DNA of 64,000 nucleotides from Verrucomicrobiia bacterium (GTDB lineage: Bacteria > Verrucomicrobiota > Verrucomicrobiia > Palsa-1439), in contig DATJWQ010000058.1 of the NCBI GenBank assembly GCA_035501175.1, positions 213 through 64,212 of the forward strand, in the 5' to 3' direction. A program made the position numbers and the translations under genes. Under the pieces are notes generated by a model. The model searched no databases. It saw only the letters and a list, made by a program, of their open reading frames with translations, and was not told where the DNA came from. Of this stretch, positions 26,986 to 35,955 are shown in pieces; positions within the stretch are counted from its first letter, which is position 1, and every line of letters begins with the position of its first letter.

Positions 26986-28662
26986 CTATTGCCGGGCGCG
27001 GGCGCGAATCTCCAGCAGTTTTTTCATCACGTCGTGCAGGTTTCCGTTCCATTCGCGCGTGCCGAACGCGTCGTGAAGCGTGCGATACAGCGGATACAGT
27101 TCGCGGTAAACGGCATGCGCCTGCGGGTTTGGGGTGAACGCGCGTTTTTTCACGCCGGTCATGGCCTGTTGGGCGGCGGCGTAATTCGGATGCGCCCCGG
27201 CCACGACGGCGCCCGCGATGGCCGCGCCCAGTGCGCACGTCTGGGCCGAGCGCGACACTTTCATCGGCCGCCCCGTCACATCGGCATACATCTGCATGAC
27301 CACCGGATTCTTCTCGGCAATGCCGCCGCAGTTGATGATCTGCTCGACCTTGACGCCGTATTCTTCGAATCGGTTGATGATGGTGAGCGCGCCAAAGGCG
27401 GTGGCTTCGATCAACGCGCGGTAAATCTCGGCGGGCGTCGTATACAGCGTTTGGCCGAGCAGCAATCCCGTGAGACGCTGGTCGACGAGAATGGTGCGGT
27501 TGCCGTTGTTCCAGTCGAGGGCGAGCAGGCCGCTTTCGCCGGGCTTGAGTTTCGCGGCGGCGGCGGTCAACGCTTCGTGCGAACCACCCTTTTTGCCGCC
27601 GGGCTGGATGTAATTCACAAACCAGTTGAAAATGTCGCCGACCGCGGACTGACCGGCCTCCAGCCCGTAATAACCGGGCAGGATGCTGCCGATAACGATG
27701 CCGCAGAGACCGGGGATGTCCGCCAGCGGCTGGCCGACCGGCGCAATCATCATGTCGCAGGTGCTGGTGCCGATGATTTTCACCAGCGTGCCCGGCGCGA
27801 TGCCCGCACCGATCGCGCCCAGATGCGCATCGAACGCGCCGACGGCCACGGGGATGCCGGCCATCAAACCCGTACGTTTTGCCCATTCGGGAGTCAAACC
27901 TCCGACCGCGCGATCGACGGCGTACACTTTGGGGCGGAGCCGGTCGCGCAACTCGCCGAGCCCCGGGTCAAGCTCCGAGAGGAATTCGGCATCGGGATAG
28001 CCGCCCCATTCATCGTTGTACATTGCCTTGTGGCCGGCGGCGCAAACGCCGACCGTAAGTTTGTCGGGGGCCTCGGTGCCGCTGAGCACGGCGGGAATCC
28101 AGTCGGCAATCTCGACCCAGGTGCCGGCGGCGTCGAACACTTCCGGCGACTCGTGAAGGCAGCGGAGGAGTTTGCTGAAGAACCATTCGCTGGAATACGT
28201 CCCGCCGCACTTGGCGAGGTACTGCGGACGAATCTCCAGCGCGGCCTCGGTAATCTCGGCGGCTTCGAGGACGCCGGTATGGTCCTTCCACAGCCAGGCC
28301 ATCGCCGCCGGGTTCCTGGCAAATCGTTTGTCGAATGCGAGGGCCCGGCCGTTGGCATCGACGGGCATGGGCGTGCTGCCGGTGGTATCGACGCCAAGAC
28401 CGATGACCTGATCGGGTTTGAAGCTGCGGACCGTTTGCTTTGCTTGCGCGAGGGCTTTCTGGAGCGTGTTTTCAGCGCCGGTGAGGTAATCGGCCGGATG
28501 CTGGCGGGCGAGGTTCGGGTCGCGCGAGAGAATCACGCCATGCGTGCCGTGGGCATATTCCCAAACCGCCGTGCCCACCTCGTGTCCGCTGGTCACATCG
28601 ACGATCAACGCGCGGACGGAATTCGTTCCGTAGTCGAGGCCGATGCTGTAGCGCGCGCCCAC
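26986..28662 (-). CDS. araB: Ribulokinase
   Basis: IGLDYGTNS, GVDTTGST, WLWKDHT, YSSEWFFSK, CAAGHKAM, GLEAGQSAVGD, LDWNNGNRT; GTG 28662 with GAGAGG RBS. Confidence 0.95.
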   Translation of the reverse strand: MGARYSIGLDYGTNSVRALIVDVTSGHEVGTAVWEYAHGTHGVILSRDPNLARQHPADYLTGAENTLQKALAQAKQTVRSFKPDQVIGLGVDTTGSTPMPVDANGRALAFDKRFARNPAAMAWLWKDHTGVLEAAEITEAALEIRPQYLAKCGGTYSSEWFFSKLLRCLHESPEVFDAAGTWVEIADWIPAVLSGTEAPDKLTVGVCAAGHKAMYNDEWGGYPDAEFLSELDPGLGELRDRLRPKVYAVDRAVGGLTPEWAKRTGLMAGIPVAVGAFDAHLGAIGAGIAPGTLVKIIGTSTCDMMIAPVGQPLADIPGLCGIVIGSILPGYYGLEAGQSAVGDIFNWFVNYIQPGGKKGGSHEALTAAAAKLKPGESGLLALDWNNGNRTILVDQRLTGLLLGQTLYTTPAEIYRALIEATAFGALTIINRFEEYGVKVEQIINCGGIAEKNPVVMQMYADVTGRPMKVSRSAQTCALGAAIAGAVVAGAHPNYAAAQQAMTGVKKRAFTPNPQAHAVYRELYPLYRTLHDAFGTREWNGNLHDVMKKLLEIRARARQ

Positions 28663-28673
28663 GGTTGCTCCTC

Positions 28674-29813
28674 TCACGGCGTGATGATCACTTTGACGAC
28701 CTTGTCCTTGTAGCCGGCATTCAACGCGAACGCTTCGGCTGTTTGGCGCAGCGTGAAGCGATGCGTCACCAGCGAGCGCACGTCCACCCTGCCGGAGGCG
28801 ACCAACTGAATTGCGCGCGGATAGGTGTGCTTCATGCGCCGGCTGAACACGACCGTCAGCCCTTTGCGCCGGGCCGTGGAATGCTGGAACGAGCAACGGT
28901 CTTCCGAAGGAATCCCGACGATCAAGACGCGGCCACCGGGACGCGCGAGATCGATGGTTTGCTCGATGGCGTTGCCGCCCCAAGCCGCTTCGATGGCAAT
29001 GTCGACTTCCGCGCGAACCGGCAGGGGCTTCGCGCCGAACCTCATGGCCAACGCGAGACGCCAGGGGAGCGGATCGCGGACGAAGATTTCGGCGGCGCCG
29101 GCGAGTTTCGCGGTTTGAATGAGCAACAGGCCGATCGGACCCGCGCCGAGAATGGCCACGCGGTCGCCCACCCGGATCTTCGCAAGATCGGTGGCGTGGA
29201 GCGCGACGCCGAGAGGCTCCAGCAGGGCGGCGGATTCGTCGTCCAGCGAATCGGGCACGGGGAAACAAGTCCGGGCGGGCACGATCATAAATTCGCGCAG
29301 GCTGCCATCGTCGGGATACAGGCCGCAGAAGTGGAGGCGCCGACAGAGATTCGGATGGCCCTCTTCGCAAAGGTCGCAGTGATGGCACGGATGAGCGGGG
29401 TCGACCGCCACGCGCGCGCCGACGCGGAGATTTTCCACGCCACTGCCGAACGCTTCGATGACGCCCGAGAATTCGTGCCCGAGAACGATCGGGGATTTGG
29501 GAACGGTATCACCGATGCGGCCATCGGCGAACGTATGAAGATCGCTTCCACAGATGCCGGTGGCGCTCACGCGCAGGAGCACGTCGCCGGGACCGGGCCG
29601 GCCGGGTTGCGGAACGGGTTCCACCCGCACGTCGCGCGCACCGTAGAGGCGCGCGGCCAACATGCCGCGGGGTGTGGAAATCGACTTTGACAACGGCGCC
29701 GCGGGCATGGCCTGAACGACGGAAGAAAGCGATCGGGGAGAGGGCGTGGTTTTCGCGGGCGGTTTGGCGCGACGCGCGGCCGGTTTCGGCTCTGTCTTGG
29801 ATGATTTGATCAT
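28674..29813 (-). CDS. Zn-dependent polyol dehydrogenase (sorbitol/xylitol/arabitol DH-like)
   Basis: [43 protein letters not shown]; ATGA overlap with the araA stop. Confidence 0.88.
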   Translation of the reverse strand: MIKSSKTEPKPAARRAKPPAKTTPSPRSLSSVVQAMPAAPLSKSISTPRGMLAARLYGARDVRVEPVPQPGRPGPGDVLLRVSATGICGSDLHTFADGRIGDTVPKSPIVLGHEFSGVIEAFGSGVENLRVGARVAVDPAHPCHHCDLCEEGHPNLCRRLHFCGLYPDDGSLREFMIVPARTCFPVPDSLDDESAALLEPLGVALHATDLAKIRVGDRVAILGAGPIGLLLIQTAKLAGAAEIFVRDPLPWRLALAMRFGAKPLPVRAEVDIAIEAAWGGNAIEQTIDLARPGGRVLIVGIPSEDRCSFQHSTARRKGLTVVFSRRMKHTYPRAIQLVASGRVDVRSLVTHRFTLRQTAEAFALNAGYKDKVVKVIITP

Positions 29814-31324
29814 ACTCGTCCCAGTCCCGGCGCGAGGTGAAAATAGACCTCGTCGTTGCGGAGTTGTTGTTGGAATGCGCGGAGTTGCGTCGAGGCATCG
29901 ATCACGGCCAGTTCGATGCCGGCCATGTTGGCGAAGTCTTCCATGTGCTCGGCGGTCACGGCGTAACTGAAGCCAGTGTGATGCGCGCCGCCGGCATGGA
30001 TCCACGCGGCACAGGCGGTTTTGAAATCGGGCCGGCAACTCCACACGGCACGGGCGACGGGAAGATTGGGCAGTGGTTGGGGAGGTTCGACCACATCGAC
30101 CTCATTGACGAGGAGGCGGAAACGGTTGCCGAGGTCGATGATCGACGCGTTGATCGCGGGGCCGGGCGGCGCGGTGAACACGAGGCGAACGGGATCTTCC
30201 CTGCCGCCGATGCCGAGCGGATGAATTTCGAGGGACGGTTTGTCGGCGGCGATGGATTCGCAAATCTCGAGCATGTGCGCGCCGAGAACGAGATGGCCGT
30301 CGGGATCCAAATGGTAGGTGTAATCCTCCATGAATGACGTGCCGCCGGGGAGGCCGGCGGCCATGACTTTCATGGCGCGGAGCAGCGCACAGGTCTTCCA
30401 GTCGCCTTCCGCGCCGAACCCATAGCCATCGGCCATCAGACGCTGGACGGCGAGGCCCGGCAGTTGTTTCAGGCCGTGGAGATCCTCGAACGTGGTGGTG
30501 AACCCTTTGAAGTCACCCGATTTCAGGAACGCGCGAAGACCGAGTTCGATGCGCGCGCCGTCGCGGAGCGATTCGTGGCGGGCGCCGCCCTTGCGAAGTT
30601 CGCTGGCGACATCGTAACGGTGCTCGTATTCGTCGCACAGGCGATTGATCGCCGCGTTGCCGACGGCGTTGACGGTTTTCACGAGGTCGCCGACTCCGTA
30701 GCCGTTGACGGCATAACCAAATCTCGTTTCGGCGGCGACCTTGTCGCCTTCGGTAACGGCGACCTGGCGCATGTTATCGCCGAATCGGCAGAACTTCGCG
30801 CCCTGCCAGTCATGCCATGCGCGGGCAGCGCCCATCCAGACGGCGATGCTGTCCTGGACCTCGGTGTCCGACCAATGGCCGACGACCACCTTGCGATTCA
30901 GACGCAGGCGGGTGTGAATGAATCCCGCTTCGCGGTCGCCATGGGCGGACTGGTTGAGGTTCATGAAATCCATGTCGATCCCGGTCCACGGCAGGTCGCG
31001 ATTGAACTGCGTGTGCAGGTGGAGGAAGGGTTTCTTGAGGCTCGTGAGGCCGCCGATCCACATTTTGGACGGCGAGAACGTATGCATCCAGAGGATCAAC
31101 CCGGCGCATTTCGGGGCATGATTGGCGTCGAGGCAAAGTTGGCGGATCGCGTCGGGCGTGATGAGCACGGGCTTGAACACGATCGTTAACGGCAGCCGCT
31201 TCGCGCCGTTCAACTCCGCGACGATCCTGCGCGAATTCGCCGCGACTTTCTTCAGCGTCGCTTCGCCGTACAGATGCTGACTGCCTGTCGCGAACCAGAT
31301 TTCAACGGAATCGAGATTCTTCAT
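29810..31324 (-). CDS. araA: L-arabinose isomerase
   Basis: [59 protein letters not shown]. Confidence 0.97.
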   Translation of the reverse strand: MKNLDSVEIWFATGSQHLYGEATLKKVAANSRRIVAELNGAKRLPLTIVFKPVLITPDAIRQLCLDANHAPKCAGLILWMHTFSPSKMWIGGLTSLKKPFLHLHTQFNRDLPWTGIDMDFMNLNQSAHGDREAGFIHTRLRLNRKVVVGHWSDTEVQDSIAVWMGAARAWHDWQGAKFCRFGDNMRQVAVTEGDKVAAETRFGYAVNGYGVGDLVKTVNAVGNAAINRLCDEYEHRYDVASELRKGGARHESLRDGARIELGLRAFLKSGDFKGFTTTFEDLHGLKQLPGLAVQRLMADGYGFGAEGDWKTCALLRAMKVMAAGLPGGTSFMEDYTYHLDPDGHLVLGAHMLEICESIAADKPSLEIHPLGIGGREDPVRLVFTAPPGPAINASIIDLGNRFRLLVNEVDVVEPPQPLPNLPVARAVWSCRPDFKTACAAWIHAGGAHHTGFSYAVTAEHMEDFANMAGIELAVIDASTQLRAFQQQLRNDEVYFHLAPGLGRV

Positions 31325-31347
31325 GCGAGATACCGCCGCGAGTTGCT

Positions 31348-32664
31348 TCAAATGAATTCGTTCAGAATATTCTCCAGCATTTCCTGCCGGCCGCTCGCGT
31401 TCGGAGCGGCCTCGCCGTTCTTGAGAGTGTACGCTTCGAGGTCCTTCAAACCAACCCTGCCCGTTTCGATCTCGCGTCCGATGCCCTTGTCCCACGAAGC
31501 GTACCGCTCTTTCACGAACTCCGCGAGCCGGCCGTCCTTGCGGATCGACGTGGCAATCTTCAGCCCGCGCGCGAACGCGTCCATGCCGCCGATATGCGCA
31601 TGGAAGAGGTCGACGGGTTCGAAGCTGTCACGGCGCACCTTGGCGTCGAAGTTGAGCCCGCCGGTTTTGAACCCGCCCATGGCGAGCACGACAAGCATGA
31701 TCTGCGTGGTTAGATAGATGTCCGTTGGGAACTGGTCGGTGTCCCAGCCGAGGAGTTCATCGCCACGATTGGCATCGATGGAGCCGAGATGGCCCGCGGC
31801 GGCGGCCACGGTGAGCTCGTGGAGCATCGTATGGCCCGCGAGCGTAGCGTGGTTGGTTTCAAGGTTGAGCTGAAAGTCGTTGAGCAGATCAAACTCGCGC
31901 AGGAAATTCAGACAGGCTGCGGCATCCGAATCGTACTGGTGTTTGGTCGGTTCCTTGGGTTTCGGTTCGATGTAGAACTGGCCTTTGAAACCGATCGCCT
32001 TCTTGTAATCCACCGCCAGGTGCAGGAATTTCGCCAAATGCTCCTGTTCGCGCTTCAGGTCCGTGTTGAGCAGCGTCGAATAGCCCTCGCGTCCGCCCCA
32101 AAACACGTAGCCCGCGCCGTCGAGCTCGTGCGTGACCTCAAGCGCCTTCTTCACCTGCGCGCCCGCGAAGGCAAATACGTCGGCATTGCAGCTCGTCGCC
32201 GCGCCGTGCATGTAGCGCGGATTCGAAAACAGATTCGCCGTGCCCCACAACAAGCGGATTCCTGTCCGCTGCTGTTCCTCCTTCAACACCTTGACCACCG
32301 CATCGAGGTTTTTGTTCGTCTCGCGCAGGTCATTGCCCTCGGGCGCCACGTCGCGGTCGTGAAAACAGTAAAACGGCGCCCCGAGCTTCTCGATGAACTC
32401 GAACGCCACGCGCGCACGCTTCTGCGCGTTGGCGATGGAGTTGGAGCCGTCGTCCCACGGGCGCACCGCGGTGCCGACGCCGAACGGATCGCTCAGCGCG
32501 TTGCGGAACGTGTGCCAGTAGCAGACTGCGAAGCGCAAGTGATCGCGCAACGATTTGCCGTCCACCTTCCCGGCGGCATCGTAGTGTTTGAACGCGAGGG
32601 GATTCTTCGACTTCGGGCCTTCATACTTGATCTTCGAAATCTCGGGAAATGCCTGTGTAGCCAT
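31348..32664 (-). CDS. xylA: Xylose isomerase (class II)
   Basis: [61 protein letters not shown]. Confidence 0.97.
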   Translation of the reverse strand: MATQAFPEISKIKYEGPKSKNPLAFKHYDAAGKVDGKSLRDHLRFAVCYWHTFRNALSDPFGVGTAVRPWDDGSNSIANAQKRARVAFEFIEKLGAPFYCFHDRDVAPEGNDLRETNKNLDAVVKVLKEEQQRTGIRLLWGTANLFSNPRYMHGAATSCNADVFAFAGAQVKKALEVTHELDGAGYVFWGGREGYSTLLNTDLKREQEHLAKFLHLAVDYKKAIGFKGQFYIEPKPKEPTKHQYDSDAAACLNFLREFDLLNDFQLNLETNHATLAGHTMLHELTVAAAAGHLGSIDANRGDELLGWDTDQFPTDIYLTTQIMLVVLAMGGFKTGGLNFDAKVRRDSFEPVDLFHAHIGGMDAFARGLKIATSIRKDGRLAEFVKERYASWDKGIGREIETGRVGLKDLEAYTLKNGEAAPNASGRQEMLENILNEFI

Positions 32665-33174
32665 GTTGACCTTTATTCCGCCGCGGGGCGGACTTAATGA
32701 AGCGGTTCGGGCCTGTTTGTGCCACAGCCACGCCTCGCACCGCAATAGGTTTTTTGAATCGCGAGACACCGTGGAGACGCCGTTATCGGGTTTGGAGAAG
32801 AAACGAGCGGGGAAGAACTGTGCGAGAGCGATGTGGATTTGAATGGCAGGAGACAGCCGATGAGATGTCGGTCATCGAGCCGTGATCTCCCCCAGCGGCA
32901 CCGGGACGGACGTGAAGATCGCCTGACAAACCCCTGGGATGAGCAACACCCCTGTGTCCCCTGAGATCAAAACCCGCATCCCACCCAGCTCATCCGTCAA
33001 CCCATTCCCTCTACAGCTTCACGTCACGGCCCCGGTACCGGCCGGTCGAGCCCTTTAACCTGTCATCACTGTCGCGAACGACCGTGACATCACCGGGGCG
33101 GAGATATGACATTCCTGCGACAACGACATGGCGGTTGGGTGACAATCGTGTGACGGAGGCGCGTGAAAAAACGG

Positions 33175-33253
33175 GAGCGCAACAACGGGTCAATTCACCG
33201 AGTCGTGAACAAGGCAGTCGTTGGTTGAGTTGCCTTTTGCCGTCGTTGCGCTC
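33175..33253 (-). ncRNA. Candidate structured RNA/DNA element 1 (three-way junction followed by a U-tract)
   Basis: 14-bp closing stem GAGCGCAACGACGG/CCGTTGTTGCGCTC with G-U wobble on the minus strand, two internal hairpins (AAGGCA/TGCCTT, GTTCAC/GTGAAT), then CCG-T6; homologous to 38790-38875. Confidence 0.45.
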
Positions 33254-33297
33254 GCCGAAATCGCACTCGGCTGTGCCCAAAGCAAGCCGAGGATTAT

Positions 33298-33309
33298 GCA
33301 AACGTTTGC
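33298..33309. promoter_or_regulatory. LacI/GalR-type operator palindrome GCAAACGTTTGC
   Basis: Perfect 12-bp palindrome fitting the TGnAAnCGnTTnC LacI-family pattern; TTGACT on the minus strand at 33350-33345 just upstream. Confidence 0.55.
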
Positions 33310-33735
33310 TCAGTTTAATGTACTACCTTTCACTGAGTTTGTCCAGTCAATATTTTTCTGTTTTCCGGCCTGATTGTGCTCCAACATGTTGCGGAAGGAC
33401 GGTCCTACCTCCCGATGGGGCTTTGGCCACGAATCTCGGCTATTGCGCGCCAACCAACAGGCCTTCTTTCCGCCTTGTGTTTGTCCTATAATTCTGGTCT
33501 GCTTAGGGCGTAGGCGGGAGCCGCGGCGTTCGCGCAGAGCAATCTGATGGTTCCCGTCTCGTGTAGCGCAGGGCACCGGTGCGTATTCGCGACCTTCAAC
33601 TGCCCGGCCGTCCCCGGCGGCGGCCGACAGCCTCGGGTCATGCGCGCCCGCGCGTGATCGACGCAAACGGGTCAAGCCGATTATCATCATACCGATATTC
33701 TTGCGGCACAACAATCCCAACAGAGATATTCCCTC

Positions 33736-34134
33736 ATGGATGCATTCCCCAGTCAATTGCGTAAGTTTTTAACTGCCCGACAATGGAACCAGGTCCGCGC
33801 GGCGACGGAGATCGGGATAACCCAATCACAGATCAGCGATTACCTCAACGGCGTGAGCGAGCCGTGTCTGAGCACGGCGGTCGCCATTGCGAAACGGCTC
33901 GGCGTCTCGCTCGATGAACTCGCCGGGGTCAACGTGTCCAAGTCCGTCCTCCGGGAAGAGAGCGCGTTGTACGCGGCCAGCGAATCGTTTGTCCAGTGGG
34001 GCGAACGTCTCAAGCGCCGGTGGAAAAAGAAGGACCCATCGCACGACGAGATGGAACTGGCCATCCGCATCCTGTTTCCCGACGAGGCGGATAAAGTCGT
34101 CCGCTGGCTGAACGGACTCCCGCCAAAGGTGTAA
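33736..34134 (+). CDS. XRE-family HTH transcriptional regulator
   Basis: NQVRAATEIGITQSQISDYLNGVSEPCLSTAVAIAKRLGVSLDEL is a cI/Cro-type HTH. Confidence 0.88.
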   Translation: MDAFPSQLRKFLTARQWNQVRAATEIGITQSQISDYLNGVSEPCLSTAVAIAKRLGVSLDELAGVNVSKSVLREESALYAASESFVQWGERLKRRWKKKDPSHDEMELAIRILFPDEADKVVRWLNGLPPKV

Positions 34135-34223
34135 CCGCTGGCGCAGGATGGACCGGCTGCTGCGGGCCGCGGGATGGTCGAGGCAGAACGTGACGGGTCT
34201 CCCCTGGCCGCGGATGCGACCGG

Positions 34224-34862
34224 TCAGGTGCGCCGGTGTTTGAGGGCTACCCAAAGCATCGCCGCGCCGAGGATGGTCAGCAGCAGGGACGATGGCTCGG
34301 GGACGAAGTCGAAGGCGAAGTTGTCCATGACGAACCAAGGGCTCCCCTCGCCATGGTCTACCGGAAATCCGGCGTCCTGGCCACCGTAAGCATCAAAATA
34401 GAGCCGGTCGATGTCCAGGTAATTGAACGTGAACAGGGTTGGATTCGTGGCGCTGGCAACGACGATTCGATCGTAGATCTCTTGCGCGCCGTTGAATCCT
34501 TCGACTTCGATATTCAAATTGCTACTCCAAGCTCCGGTCAGATAGACGCTCAGAAAATTAAAATTGGTGACCGAATCGATCTCAGCGGGAATCCCAAATG
34601 CGTTGTTAACGTCGTTGGACTGGGAAACCATCCCGAAGTAGTAGCCGCTTACGCCCGTGTCGGGACGGTTTGTGGCAAGGATTGCGTTGAAGCACCAAAA
34701 GTTGCTCCACACGAGTCCTTGGTAGCCGTTCGGCAGGAACGCACCTGTGCCAGTCTCGCGCAGATTGTCGAACGTGACGACGGTTTGCGAGTAGGCGGAA
34801 ACGGCTGGCAAGATAAGCAGACTGAGACAGACGGCGGGTAGAAGCAATGGCCGCAGTTTCAT
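34224..34862 (-). CDS. PEP-CTERM sorting-domain protein
   Basis: Signal peptide; C-terminal VPEPSS + TM helix + KHRR. Confidence 0.9.
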   Translation of the reverse strand: MKLRPLLLPAVCLSLLILPAVSAYSQTVVTFDNLRETGTGAFLPNGYQGLVWSNFWCFNAILATNRPDTGVSGYYFGMVSQSNDVNNAFGIPAEIDSVTNFNFLSVYLTGAWSSNLNIEVEGFNGAQEIYDRIVVASATNPTLFTFNYLDIDRLYFDAYGGQDAGFPVDHGEGSPWFVMDNFAFDFVPEPSSLLLTILGAAMLWVALKHRRT

Positions 34863-35127
34863 AGCAGCCTCCCGGGAAGCGCTCGTGCTCACGGGGCGAG
34901 TGTAGGGCGATTGGGCGGAATGTTAAGTAAAAGGTGTGCAAAAATCGGTGGCGGCGGCGTGGCACAACGCGGGGGTGTGCCGGCGAGGCGCTATATCAAT
35001 TGTAGGTTGACATGGTTATCCTTACATGATATCATGCTGGCTTGGATAGGCAGTTTGTTCTTTGAAATAGGGGTGTTGGTTTGTCGGGGCAGTGTCCCGT
35101 CGTGAGGATGTTGGGAGGGGGTAGGTA

Positions 35128-35285
35128 GAGGGGGGGGTATAGATCTGCGAAACGAAGCCAGATTACCTTGACTACAATTACCCTATAGGATCGTTGAACA
35201 GCAAGGAGTTGCGGAGCTGGGAGGCGATTTTAATGCGGGTTCAAAACGAAGCCAATTTTGGCCAAAACGAAGCCAATTTTGGGGG
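35128..35285. repeat. Intergenic AAACGAAGCCAA-motif element, copy B
   Basis: G-run + TATA...GAAACGAAGCCA (35130-35160) and exact 18-bp direct repeat CAAAACGAAGCCAATTTT at 35242-35259 and 35263-35280. Confidence 0.7.
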
Positions 35286-35333
35286 TCCGGACGGGTGGTT
35301 TTCGAGGCCGGAAACACCTGATTCTGGCGCGGG

Positions 35334-35948
35334 TTACTCGTACTGGATGTCGTCGAGGTAGAACGTGACGGGATGGCCCTGGCCGGCGATGCTCCAGCCG
35401 AAGCCGGTTTTGATGCGGCTGAGGTCTTTGCCCGACAAATCGATTGTGTACTGCTTCCAGTCGGTGGTCAGCGTGACGCTGACTTTGCCGGTCGCGGTGT
35501 CGAAGAACGTTTTGGGCGGTTTGATTGCGCCGAAATAGAAATCGACCTTCTCGCCGCCGGTGGCGCCGCGGGCCCATAACGTGAGTTTGGTCGCGCCGGT
35601 CAAATTGTGGCCGCCATCCTTGTCGCCCCAGTCGTCGGGCGGATCCTGCCAGGCGATGCCGGCCCAGTCGGCTGGAGCCTTGTAGGTCACCTTGATGCAG
35701 GCGGAGCCGGAGTGGGGCGATTCGGTGCAGTGATCGTTGAAGGCGATGGCGCTGGTGTTGCCCATCCAGCCCGAGGGCGTGTAGGGCGTGCTGAACGAGT
35801 CGGCGCTGAATACCACGAGCATCGGAGCCGAGTTGGTTGCGGGTGGAGTCGCGGAAGGCTCCGCCGAGATGGTCACCCTGGCGACCGCGGCCGCGCTGGC
35901 CAACAGGAGACCGGACACAAACATCGAAATTGACGTTTTCACCTTCAT
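35334..35948 (-). CDS. Exported stand-alone carbohydrate-binding-like (galactose-binding fold) protein
   Basis: Signal peptide, P/T-rich linker, PSGWMG, PHSG..CIK, WAGIAWQ, DWG, LTLWARG..GGE, YLDDIQYE. Confidence 0.65.
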   Translation of the reverse strand: MKVKTSISMFVSGLLLASAAAVARVTISAEPSATPPATNSAPMLVVFSADSFSTPYTPSGWMGNTSAIAFNDHCTESPHSGSACIKVTYKAPADWAGIAWQDPPDDWGDKDGGHNLTGATKLTLWARGATGGEKVDFYFGAIKPPKTFFDTATGKVSVTLTTDWKQYTIDLSGKDLSRIKTGFGWSIAGQGHPVTFYLDDIQYE

Positions 35949-35955
35949 GAAACAC

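Noticed and set aside
26887-28713. 608-aa plus-strand ORF, and similar long antisense ORFs (3198-4301, 22173-23324, 42710-43990, 15190-16140)
   Set aside because: Shadows of araB, NUDIX/porin, galE, the Mo subunit and the CapK-like gene; no recognisable motifs
26986-29388. 800-aa ORF suggesting a fused or extended ribulokinase
   Set aside because: The N-terminal extension overlaps the dehydrogenase in another frame; a GTG at 28662 with RBS gives a normal-length AraB. The same trimming was applied to 308-1165, 7281-8399, 8045-9370, 13140-14612, 28674-30044, 42599-44806 and 57555-59066
33175-33253. Element 1 as an attC site or a known riboswitch (ZTP, guanidine-II, NAD+-I, c-di-GMP)
   Set aside because: It has AAC/GTT in the stem but fails RYYYAAC/GTTRRRY, the homolog lacks AAC, and I could not find the conserved cores of those riboswitches; a formal Rfam scan is still needed
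33310-33756. 148-aa minus-strand ORF as a Cro-like partner of the XRE gene
   Set aside because: No HTH, overlaps the XRE start, atypical composition; 33011-33301 rejected likewise
35242-35280. Direct repeat as a CRISPR remnant
   Set aside because: Only two 18-bp units with a 3-bp spacer and no cas genes
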